DNA of 64,000 bases from Malacoraja senta. Taxonomy: Eukaryota. The position numbers were made by a program, and so were the translations under genes. Position 1 is the stretch's first letter, and the number at the start of each line of letters is the position of its first letter. The stretch covers positions 682,001 to 746,000 of the forward strand of contig CM075991.1 of NCBI GenBank assembly GCA_038087875.1, written 5' to 3'. Of this stretch, positions 24,237 through 36,351 are shown piece after piece. Under the pieces are notes generated by a model. That model was not told the DNA's origin, made no database searches, and worked only from the letters and a program-made list of their open reading frames with translations.

Positions 24237-26630
24237 CAACCTACAACCCCTGCAACCGGATTGGGCGAGATGGTTTAAAACGACAACTCCTGTTTGGGCC
24301 CGGTGTGTCCACATGCATCACATGTGTTGACTGGGCTTGGCGGACATTTGCATGAATCCTCAATATGAAGTGTGGTGCTTTGTTAACAATACATCTCCAC
24401 TGCTGTTGACAAAAGGCATGATCAATCCCGACCTGTCCTATCTCATCTGTTTGCCACGTTTATGAGGAAATGGCAGCAAATGTCTGATATTCTGCCAACA
24501 GAATGACAAGAAAGTGCTTTGGAATAAGTGTGCTGATTGGATTAGACGGCATAATTCCTCGTGTTTTAAAGAATTGTGCTGTAGTAATCTTTTGCCTTCC
24601 AGTCAATGACTTGCATAAGCAGAGGTGACCATGCCTGAATGTCGAATTTCACAAACTAAACTTGCATATTTGGTATACCCTTGTTAAACTACTTGTCACT
24701 TATGAGCATTGCTTTGTCCATAAGATGCCACATGTTTGTGTATTTACCTGCACTATTAGTGGTATGGCTGCAATTGTGACAAGCTGGGCTGATGTTGTAA
24801 GAATCTATAAAGTGTCATAAATTGAAAATGGGCTCGGTTGGGAAATGGGATCACTTTGTCAATGCTGGTGTCGCTATAAGTAACAGAGTGGATGGCTATA
24901 AAATGGTGGAGTTTTCGGAGTGCCTGCTTTGTTAGATGTACAATCATATAACTTTTTATTACTATTAACACTATGCTTCTAGTTGCACTGTGATTTCCTT
25001 GTAGCCAAACTTGGATCTCCAAACAACACTGTGATGAGCCATACATGCCTTTGGGAATCTCCTGCATTGCCACAGCAAGGGTAGTGGCTTGGGTGTAATG
25101 CCAGAGAAAAGGGAAATAGTCTTCATAGTACCATGCAGGTCAGGGTGTTTGCTTGATGAAGCCTGAAGGGTGGCTAGTTCAGGTTGAGGAGAAAAGCTGC
25201 TAAACCTCCTGGTTTACCTGCACTCTCCCCATGACACTTGGGGTTTGAATCATGAAACAAGGCTTTCTTCACATTTTTAACACTTGAACAGTTTTTTTAA
25301 GTGCTTTGATTTTCATTGAGGCCACAGACTAAATGCTCAAACAAGATTACCTCTTGATCAACTATGCACAATGTATAAAACAAAATATTATTGATATTGT
25401 TAGGAACAATTATTTTATGAATTGAATGGGACTGGAAATGCAAACCTGCGTTGGGCATTTAGTCTGTGCCTCCTGTTACTGAGTGCCTTTGCAGAGGATT
25501 GAAGCTTGCAATTGAAATGGTGTTCTCCTTGGAATGAATCTCGTTCTGTCAGAATGGATTGGCCGGGCCACTGTTAACTTGGCCCCGGGTTGCTATTAAC
25601 CAAAGATGGTTCTGTACTTGATCGTGAAGTTCTTCATGTTGAAGATTTAATTCATGGGGAGAATACTTGAGGTTGAAAGCTAAAATCTTTGCCAGTGCCC
25701 CTTCCCAGCCCCAGGTTGGGGAATACAGAATGTGGCTGTCAGTGGGGTTACTGTGGGCTTGGCCACACTGCAGGTGGTCGCACTGAGGGGGAGAACCTGG
25801 GGGGAGACTGCTCACCTGCTGAATGTCACCCCACCATCAGTGGCTGACTCAGTAGCTGAGGAAGAGAGGTACAAGGGGCACGTTGAAAACTGCCATCATT
25901 TGGCGATTGGGATTGATATAATGTGCAACAACGGCCAATTTTCTTTGGTTTGAGATCACATTCCTGTCTTATTTCAAGATCTTTTGTTGGCCTCGGTCTT
26001 TCAACACCGGTTGTTGAGCCACCAGCACATTGGGAAACTGTTTAACAGATGAGTTGAACAATGTTTCTCTTGCTCATACTTCCTCGAGTGCTTCTGCTAA
26101 AGTCAGCACACTGCGGTGGAGTGTGGATGTGTGTGGGATTCGGAAGTTGAAGCGAGGTGTGGCAAAGCAGAAGGCCACAAGACCCAGCTGATCCTGTAGG
26201 GTTGTGTTGTGTTCACACTTGGGTCGTGGTTTGTGGGTGGCACAGAAGGAATGTTTTGGGGAAGTGACTCTTTTAAAGTAGGTGATAATTAGTAATAAGC
26301 TGTACCGACCCTGTAGGTGAAGCGTGATATCTCCAGTGTACTTGTGCACTGCAGGTCGTATCCAGTGGACACCTGCAGAAAGATTTGAATGTAGAGTTCA
26401 CTCGGGGATCGTGGTGAGATGCTCTTCTTGTTCCAAGATGCAGTCATTGATTTGTGAACTGCGGCCAGTTAGCGGTGTTTCAGTGTGAAGGGATGGTTCA
26501 TGTCCGTGGGCGGATGCCCGTCGATCGGTGAACCGGGGACAACTTTCAGTTTGTATCTCCGTTGCTGCTTGGCTGTTCTTAAGTGTTTGTTACTTTTGCA
26601 TTTATTGTAGATTAATGATACATTGTACAT

Positions 26631-26636
26631 AATAAA
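26631..26636 (+). terminator. Probable poly(A) signal of the PPP1R3C-like gene
   Basis: AATAAA preceded by TGTA and followed by a U/GU-rich tract; ends a ~2.4 kb stretch free of recognisable repeats after the stop codon. Confidence 0.6.
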
Positions 26637-27419
26637 GTTTATAGTTAAATAAATATTTTCTTTGTAGTTTCATTTCCTGAAGTTGACTATTTGTAGGGCT
26701 GTCAAATGTATTAAGTTCTAATTTCCCACAGATTATGGGTGATAATATATGACCACCAATCTTTGAGGACTAATTACTTTTAAACACAACAGGATTCACT
26801 AAGCTTTTTAGGACTGAAGTTTGGAGTTAAAAGGTTCCCAACCCGAAACATCAACTGTCCATTCCTTCCACCGATGTTGCTGCTTGGCTGTTCCTCCAGT
26901 GTCCTACTTGTATCCAGTGCATATCTTTAATCTTTTGTTCTATGTCTCTCGGTTCCCTTTCCCCTGACTCTCAATCTGAAGAAGAACCTTGACCCGAAAC
27001 ATCACCTATTCCTTTTCTCCAGAGATGCTGCCTGACCTGCTGAGTTACTTCAGCTTTTTGTGTCTATCCTCCAGTACTGTGTTTTACTAAAGCTGTACAT
27101 ACACGTAGCTTCACAGAGTAGCATTGCATAAGGAGGAACTTGTGTGCAACACTCATCCGATACAAGTCAATGTTTCAATGATTTCAACAGTTCTGATCTC
27201 ACAAGGCCACTGTCCCTGTAAGTGGCATCACGGACACGTTGTGGTGAAGGCGGCTTCCAGCACATTGGCCTTCATCTGTCCTATAAGCTGGCCATTATGT
27301 TACAGTAGTACAAGACATCGGTGACGCTGCACTTGGAGTATTGTTCAGTTTTGGTCACCCTGCCATTGGAGCATTGCCATTAAGCTGGAAAGAGTGCAGA
27401 GAAGATTAACAATTATGTT

Positions 27420-28340
27420 AGACAATAGGTGCAGGAGTAGGCCACTCAGCCCTTCGAGCCAGCACCGCCATTCTATGTGATCATGGCTGATCATCCCCAA
27501 TCAGTACACCGTTCCTGCCTTCTCCCCATATCCCCTGACTCTGCTATCTTTAAGAGCCCTATCTAGCTCTCTCTTGAAAGTATCCAGAGAACCGGCCTCC
27601 ACCACCCTCTGAGGTAGAGAATTTCACCACTCTCTGTGAGAAAAAGTGTTTCCTCGTCTCCGTTCTAAATGGCTTGCCCCTTATTCTTAAACTGGCCCCT
27701 GGTTCTGGACTGCCCCAACATCGGGAACACGTTTACTGCCTCTAGCGTGTCCAATCCCTTAATAATCTTATGTTTCAATAAGATCCCCTCTAATCCTTCC
27801 AAATTCCAGAGTATACAAGCCCAGCCGCTCCATTCTCTCAGCAGATGACAGTCCCGCCATCCAGGGAATTAACCTTGTAAACCTACGCTGCACTACGCTG
27901 TTGGTATGTCTTGAGGGCCTGAACTATAGGGAGAAGTTCGGCAGGCTTGGACTTGATTCCTTGGAGCGCTGGAGGCTGAGGGGTGATCTTGTAGAGGTGT
28001 GTGAAATCGTGAAGGGAATAGATAGGGTGAATGCAGAGTTTTACCCAGGGTAGGGGAATCGAGAACTAGAGGGTATACCTAAGATAAAAGGGGAAAGATT
28101 TAATCTGAACCTGAGGCAACTTTTTCACACAGGGTGTTGGGTGTATGGAGCAATCTGCCAGAGGAACTGGTTGAGGCAGGTACAATAACAACATTTTAAA
28201 AATATTTGGATAGATACACTGACAGCAAGAGGTATATGGACTAAACATGGACAAATGGGACTGGCTTAGATGGGGCATCTTAGTTGGCATGGACAAGTTT
28301 GGCCGAGGGGCCTGTTTTCTTGCTGTATGACTCTGACGCT
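27420..28340. mobile_element. Nested CR1 fragments (- 27420-27900 inside an older + copy ~27230-28340)
   Basis: CR1 3' end like 19965-20460 on the minus strand; the flanks are a plus-strand CR1 ORF2 C-terminus. Confidence 0.8.
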
Positions 28341-30579
28341 GTCCCAAAACATAGTGGTCTTGGCCAGTAGAGTGAAGACGAGCTGAGACCCTGCCATTGC
28401 CCAATATTCGCATTAACTCCTGACAATGGCAATGAGCAGTATCTGCTGAAGCTAGCATGTCACTGAGACGTTGCCTGTTACTAGTGACAAGGTAAGACAC
28501 AAAGTGCTGGTGTAACTCAGCATCTCTGGAGAGAAGGAATAGTGGCATTTTGTGCCGAGACCCTTCTTCAGACTAGTCAGAGAAATGGAAACGAGAGGCA
28601 TCGGCCATGATGTAGAAAGACATAGAACAAATGAATGAAAGATATGCAAAAAAGTAACAACGATAAAGGAAGGGTCTTGACCTGAAACGTCACCCATTCC
28701 TTCTCTCCAGAGATGCTGAGTTACGCCAGCTTTTTGTGTCTTTCTAAGGAAACAGTTGTTGCCTTCCACTTTTGGGTGGTATTTGAGCAGCAGTCTTTCA
28801 CTGGTTCCCTTTGGAACTCAGCGGTGAATCCCAGCACTCCCTGCTGTGCCACCTCAGCACATGCTCCGTGATCCAAGCACTGCAATAAATTCCGACCTGG
28901 ACCATCCTTTTCCCACTGAGTTACTCCAGCATTTTGCGTCTATCCTTCACCTGGTGCCGTGCTGCAACGGTGATTGGCAGAAGAGACATTCCTTGGATAA
29001 TTGCATGTTGCTTTTGTTTGCTGCAAGTGGCTCTGTCGCTAATAATTAGGCCTACAGTGGAATATGCAATGAATGGATCACATGCAGGCAGAGGAGTTGG
29101 TTTAACTTGGCATCATGTTCAGCATGGATTTTGAGGGCCAAAAGGCCTGTTCCTGTGCTGTACTGTTCTATACAAAGTACTGGAGTAATTCTGGGTCAGG
29201 CAGCATCACTGGAGGACAAAGGTCGATGATGTTTCATGTCATGCCCTTCCTCAGGTTGTCTGAATCGGGGTCCTGAGCTGAAACCTTATCTATCTATTCC
29301 CTCCACAGATGCTGCCTGACTGCTGAGCTACTCCAGTCCTTTGTTTTACCCTAAATTCCAGCAGCTACAGATCCTTGTGTCTATGTAATAATGCAAACTG
29401 AGGGGGAACCTCATTGACACTCGCTGAATAGTGAAAGGCCTGGATAATGTGGAGAGGATGATTCCATTAGTGGGAGAGTCTAGGACCAGAGGCTATAGCC
29501 TCAGAATTTGTGGAATTCCCTGCCACAGAGGGCAGTGGAGGCCAAATCACTGGATGGATTTAGGAGAGAGTTAGATAGAGCTCTAGGGGCGAGTGGAATC
29601 AAGGGATATGGGGAGAAGGCAGGCATGGGTTATTGATTGGGGACGATCAGCCATGATCACAATGAATGGTGGCTCAAAGGGCCGAATGGCCTCCTCCTGC
29701 ACCTATTTTCTATGTTTCTAATAAACAGATGTACCTTTTTAGAAAGAAGAGAAGGAATTTCTTTAGTCAGAGGGATAGGAATAGGAATATTTTATTGTCA
29801 CATGTGGTTAGGCACAGTGAAATTCTTTGCTTGCGTACCCAATGTATACAAATAGCCGGCTACCCCTTTTGTTCCCCCACGCCAGGTCCCCATTTTCCTT
29901 TTTTCTCACCTCCCTCAGGGCAGTCCCCCCACAGGCTGGGTCCTCCATTGTTCTTCCTTCCCCCACACGGTGGTTCCCCCACGCTGTCGTTGACTGCGGG
30001 TAGACCCGCGAGGCTTCACCGCTGCCGCTGCCCAACTTGACGCCTCCATGGTGTCGACCCGGGCCCCAGCCACAGCTCTGTCGGCCGCTCCGCTGACCCA
30101 GGCTTCTATGCAGCAATCTGGGAGGCATGGATGATGGAGGCCACGTTCCCAGTTCACAGCCTTGGCCCGATGGGAGGGTGGTGAATTTGTGGAATTCATT
30201 GCATCAGACAGTGAAGGAGGCCAAAGCAATGCATATTTATAAGGTGTAGATTGACAGGTTCTTGATTTGTACAGAGGTTATGGGAGCAGGGCAGGAGAAT
30301 GGGGTTAGGAGGGAGAGATAGATCAGCCATGATTGAATGGCGGAGTAGACTTGATGAGCCAAATGGACTAATTCTGCTCCTAGAGCTTATGAAAATGCTG
30401 CCAATCGCTCACCACAGATGCTGGTTTACACCAAAGATAGACATAAAAAGCTGGAGTAACTCAGCGGGACAGAGAGAAGGAATGGGTGACGTTTGTCCCA
30501 GTTTGTCTTGTATTTTAACTCGGGTTTGCAGCATCTGCGTGTCTTGCTGATTTTCTTCTCTCTCTCTCGCTTCTCGGTG

Positions 30580-31140
30580 CTGCGAGTGCGCGGCCAGACC
30601 GCAGGGGGGCGCCCGCTTGGGCATGCGCATTTCCCCGCGCCGGGAGCGCGCCTGGCCACCCGCACGTGCGCGCGCCGCCGGGTGACCGGTGGGTCTGTGA
30701 CGCGCGCGCGCGCTCGCGCTCTCTCGCTCGCTGGCTGGCGGTGGCGCGCAGGCGGGGACGCGGGCCGGGCCGGGCCGCGCCGGGGGGAGGGAGGGAGGGA
30801 GACACCGCGGGCCGGGCCGGACTGGACTGGACTGGGGGACGGGGCAGTGAGAGGAGGAGGAGGAGGAGGAGGAGGAGGAGGCCGCGGTAGCCGGGCCAGA
30901 GCGGGAGGCCAGGCCAGGCCAGGCCAGGCCAGGCCAGGCCGGACACCAGGGCCCGGGTGAGGGGCCCGCAAGCATGGGCTTCCTGCTGCCCTTCGACAAC
31001 CTGGTGTGCATCCTGCTGGGCATCTCGCTGACCGTCTGGATCACGCTGCTGCTCGTCTTCATCATCGTGCCTGCCATCTTCGGCGTGTCCTTCGGCATCC
31101 GCAAGCTCTACATGAAAACCCTGCTCAAAGTGTTTGAGGT
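30580..31140 (+). promoter_or_regulatory. CpG island promoter / 5'UTR of GPAT4
   Basis: Very GC/CpG-rich; NRF1-like GCATGCGCA (~30622), E-box CACGTG (~30663), and (GGA)n and (GGCCA)n repeats upstream of the ATG. Confidence 0.8.
30974..31138 (+). CDS. GPAT4: Glycerol-3-phosphate acyltransferase 4 (AGPAT6), first coding exon (55 codons)
   Basis: MGFLLPFDNLVCILLGISLTVWITLLLVFIIVPAIFGVSFGIRKLYMKTLLKVFE closely matches the recalled GPAT4 N-terminus (LLPFD..LLGISLTV..LLLVFIIVPAIFGVSFGIRKLYMK). Phase-0 donor GAG|GTAGGC at 31139. Confidence 0.92.
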
Positions 31141-32104
31141 AGGCCGGGCAGCCTTCATACCTTCATAAGTTCTAGGAGCAGAATTAGGCCATTCGGCCCT
31201 TTAAGTTTACTCCGCTATTGACGTATCTATCTCTCCCTCCTAACCCCCTTCTCCCCATAACCCCCTACACACGTACTAATCAAGCATCTGGCTATCTCTG
31301 CCTTAAAAATATCCACTGACGGCGTCCACAGCCAAATAATTCCCCAGATTCACTACCATCTGACTAAATAAATTCCTCCTCATCTTCCTAAAGGAACGTT
31401 CTTTAATTCGGAGGCTACCTCTGGTCCTGGACTCTCCCACTAGCGGAAACATCCTCTCCACACACACTCTATCCAAGACTTTCCAAGTGTGTGTATGAGG
31501 GACAGTCCCTCCGTGCGGCTCCCCCATCGTTACCCCACTATACTGGCCTATAATGGATGTCTTCACTTGGTTCAAGGGCTATCATAACCAAGTACTCCCA
31601 CATCTGCTGATGGAGATGGTGTGTAACTTCAAGGGACAAGGGATTCTTCTCCAGTGTGTCAGGATGTCAGATCCTAGATTACATAAACTGAGACTTTCGA
31701 GTACAGACACAAGGAAGTTATGTCCTGATTTAATAAGAATGGATAGGACCTGAAGGCGTATTTTGTTAGTCTATAGGAACCTAAAGGGCAATCCTTGTGG
31801 AACCAGGGATGAAGATGAGGTCTTTAGTAGATGTAGTTGACAAGTATTCATACAAGAGAAGGGCATTATAGTTTGAGAATTCCAGGAAGGGGCTGTGAAA
31901 TTGTAGAACATGTTATTGTTAAAAGGGGGGAGTTATTAGATGCCTCAGTTGACTCGAATATGGATGCCAGACAACGACAAGGGATGAGATTGCTCGGGCT
32001 ATGACAGATTTTTAAGCGGGTGACTGGAGGATGCCAGATGATTGAAGCTCAGCAAATGTGGGAGCTTTATTCAGAAAGGGCAGCAGGATGAGTGCAGAGC
32101 ACAG

Positions 32105-32612
32105 AGTGAGAAAGGACATTCTTGCTATTGAGGGAGTGCAGCGTAGGTTTATAAGGTTAATTCCCAAGATGGCGGAACTGTCATATGCTGAGAGAATGGA
32201 GCGGCTGGGCTTGTATACTCTGAGAGGGGATCTTATTGAAACATATAAGATTATTAAGGGTTTGGACACGATAGAGGCAGGAAACATGTTTCCGATGTTG
32301 GGGGAGTCCAGAACCAGGGGCCACAGTTTAAGAATAAGGGTAAGCTATTTAGAATGGAGACGAGGAAACACTTTTTCCTCACAGAGAGTTGTGAGTCTGT
32401 GGAATTCTCTGCCTCAGAGGGTGGTGGAGGCCGGTTCTCTGGATACTTTCAAGAGAGAGCTAGATAGGGCTCTTAAAGATAGCGGAGTCAGGGGATATGG
32501 TGAGAAGGCAGGAACGGGGTACTGATTGTGGATGATCAGCCATGATCACATTGAATGGCGGTGCTGGCTCGAAGGGCCGAATGGCCTACTCCTGCACCTA
32601 TTGTCTATTGTC
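32105..32612 (+). mobile_element. CR1 3' fragment
   Basis: RKDILAIEGVQRRFIRLIP..GYGEKAGTGY plus 3'UTR; same family as 19965-21610. Confidence 0.92.
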
Positions 32613-35600
32613 TAACTCGCTAAACTCCCATCAAAGAAGGAAACTGATGCAGGGTTTCGACCCAAAACTCTCTTTGCCTCCACAGATGTTGCTCGACCTG
32701 CTGAATTCCTCCGGCTGTTTGTTTAGCCTCAGACTTATATTCTTCAGGGTAATGGCAGGCCTGTGAATGTCGGTTATCAGTTGGGATGTTACTGGAGAGA
32801 AACTGTGAGGTTCTGATAGTCAGCATGGCTTTAATGGGGGATCCTGTTGGGCTAATTTGATTGAAATTTTCAAAGAGATAAAGTGTATTGATGAAGACTG
32901 CAATTAATATAGTCAGCATGGATAGGTCTTTATATTAATATGGTAAATAGAGAAAGGCCTTTAAGAAAGAAACTAGATACAAATTGGTTGATAATAGGAG
33001 GCAGAGTGATGATGGAGGATTGCTTTTGTGATTGGGAGCCTGTGCCCAGTGGTTTATCACAGATCAGTACCGTGACCTCTGTTGTTTGTAATATACGTTG
33101 GTAATCTGGAGGTAAATTTGGGAGTTATGATTAGTGAGTTTACAGTACACAGAAACCGGTGGAGCTGTTGATAGTGGGTGAAGTAGACCAGGCTACACAA
33201 TGATACTTCTGAGTTGGTGAGAGACACAAAATGCTGGAGTAACTCAGCAGGATAGGCAGGATCTCTGGAGAGAAGAAATAGGTGACGTTTTTGTGACTGG
33301 GATGGTTGGTGATACGGGCAGAGCAATACAAACATAATTTGAAGTGTGAGGTGATGCATTATCAAAGGCAGAAAGACCTTTGAGTACAGTGTCAGCTGTG
33401 CTTCAGTGAACAGCACTCTTGGAGACTACACTGCGCTCGGGTGCCGCTCCAGAGCTTTCTTTCAGCATATAATCCCGGTTGGCACTGAGGGAATGTTACG
33501 CTGAAGGTCAGAATATGAGAGGGGGCACTGCTCGAGACACTCGACACCACTGGGAACTGTTGGTCCCATCGGGGCCCCTTGCTGGTCGCCTCGGAACAAC
33601 ACTCCTGCCTTATTCTACCTTCCAGAATGGAAGTGGAGGTTATGTCTTCCATTGAGAATGGGTGAAATAATGAGTGGAGAAGAAATAAAATTATAATGGA
33701 AAAAAAAAGATTTGCTCATTTGGAAATTGTATCAGCATCAACTTGTTGCAGTGAACCAACCTGTTACTGCCTCATCTCTGCATTATCCAGTCATCTGCTG
33801 CACAACCATCTCTTCACTTATTCTTTCCTCCGAGAACAGTTTTAGTGTTTATCCATGTCCTTTTTAAAAGGCTATTCTGAATCACTGCTTTTGGCCAGGA
33901 CATTCATTGTTTAAATCTCCTTGGCAAGTAAATAGAAGCTAACCTTTCCTTAGTTCTTCCAGCAATCAGTTATTTATAACTTTCCATTATCAGTTCACCA
34001 TCCATTAACAGTGATTTTGACTGATTTTGGCCCATCTGGTTCCCTCAGTTTGGAACCCCCGTCACTAATACTGGTTTGAGGCAAGGTCACAGAACAGACC
34101 CAGCATCTCATTTCTATGAAGTGTCACCAACCTGATATATTAATACTGTTTATCTCCACTAGCCTGAAGTGTTGAGTGCTTCTGGCCATTTCATGTCATG
34201 TCAAGTCAAGTCAAGAGAGTTTATTTCTGTTTTTATGCAACTGTAACCTTGTTCCAGTGAAAGGGGCTGAGCTTCTTTATCTATGCATTATGGTTAATTT
34301 ATATAAGGGGTTTGTTCTACATCTTTTCAATAATGTTAACATCCATTCTAAAGTAAGCAAATTTGGCATAATAATCTATGCTTAAGTTTAAGCAGTTTTT
34401 TGCTGATTTAATCATGCATCCTTCATTTTGTATACTATTCTATTTATAAATTGTAGTCAAAACATAGTCACAGAGTGACACAGAATGCTGCCTGGTTTAG
34501 AGGGTATCACCAATGAGATGTTGAACATTACCAATAAAGAAAGGTATTACCGGTTGGAAGAGGTTCTCTAGAACATTGGATGTTGAGGGGAGAACTGATA
34601 GAAGTATATAAAATTATGAAAGATAATTCATAAACCAGGCAGCATTCTGTATCACTCTGTGACTATGTTTAGACTGTAGGGGAATAGTTTTAAGACGAGA
34701 GGGGCAAAGTTCAAAGGAAATGTGGGGGCAAGTTTATTTTGTACAGAGGGTGGTGTCCACCTGGAATGCGCTGCCAGGGGTGGTGGTCAAGACAGATACA
34801 ATAGTGACATTTAAGAGGCTTTTAGATAGGCACATGATATACAGGGAATGGATCATGTGTAGGCAGAGATTAGTTTAGAAACAAGGAACTGCAGATGCTG
34901 GTTTATACAAAAGACACAAGGTCCTGGAATAACTCAGCGGGTCAGGCAACATCTCTGGAGATCATGGATAGGTGACGTTTTAGGTTAGAATCCTGCTTCA
35001 GACTGATCTATCTGGTAAACCTCCTCTGCACCGTCTCCAAAGCCTCCACATCCTTCCTGTAATGAGGCGACCAGAACTTCACACAATGTTTCAAATGCGG
35101 CCTAGCAATGAAGGCAAGCATGCCATTCACCACCATATCTAATTTTGTTGCCACCTTTAGTAAGCTATGAACTTGAACTCCAAGATCCCTCTGCACATCA
35201 GATCTGTTAAGGTTCTTGCCTTAACTGTATACTCTCTCCTTACATTCAACTGTCCATAGTGCATCACTTCACACTTGCTTGGATTAAACTCCATCTACCA
35301 TTTCTCCGCCCATTTCTGCAGTTGATCTATAATCCCGCTGTATCTTCCGACAGCTTTCATTACTGAGTCTGCAACTCCCAATTTTGGTATCGTCAGCAAA
35401 TTTACTCTTCAACCCATCTATATTTATGTCTATAGATACATAGATACATAGAAAATAGGTGGAGGAGTAGGCCATTCGGCCCTTCGAGCCTGCACCGCCA
35501 TTCAATATGATCATGGCTGATCATCCAACTCAGTATCCCGTACCTGCCTTCTCTCCATACCCCCTGATCCCTTTAGCCACAAGGGCCACATCTAACTCCC

Positions 35601-36351
35601 TCTTATATATAAGAGGGAGTTATCTATGGCATTTATATATATATATATCTCACAAACAGCAGCGATCTCAGCACAGATCCCTGCGGAACTCCAGCCAGAA
35701 TATCTACCTTCTGCTTCTGTCTTATATGATTAAGCCATTTCCAAAACCATACGACCAAATCATTGTGAATCCCGTACATCTTAATCTTATGGATCAGCCT
35801 ATTATGAGGGACCTTATCAAAAGCTTAACTAAAATTGATGTATATACCTTCATCAATCTCCTTCGTCTCCACATCAAAAAACCCAATGAGGTAAGTCAGA
35901 CACATGACCTGCCACATACAAAGCCACTTTGGCTATCCCTAATTAGCCCATTCTCGTCCAAATTGGAGTAAATCTTATCTGTAAGAATTCTCTCCAGTAG
36001 TTTCCCTGCCACTGACTGGCCTAGTTCTCTGGATTCTCTCTTCTTTTCTTAAACAAAAGAACAACATTGGCCACTCTCCAGCCCTCCAGGATCTTGCCTT
36101 TGGCTAGAGAAGAAACAAAGATCCTCATCCATGTCCCCGCAAGCTTCTCTCTTGCCTCCCTCAATAACCTGGGATAGATTCCCTCAGGCCTAGGGGACAT
36201 CCACCTTAATGTTCTCCAAGAGCCTCAGCACCACCTCCTTCTTGATCTCAAAATGCCGTAGCATATTTGTATTCTCGACCCTGATCTTCAAGTTCTTCTT
36301 GGTGAACACAGATGCAAAGTACACGTTTAGTACCTCCCTACATCCTCCGAC

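Noticed and set aside
30409..31104. Long antisense and overlapping ORFs (231, 181, 155 aa)
   Set aside because: Expected from the stop-poor GC-rich CpG island; low complexity.
31139..31168. ORF continuation VGRAAFIPS after GPAT4 exon 1
   Set aside because: Read-through into the intron past the GT donor.
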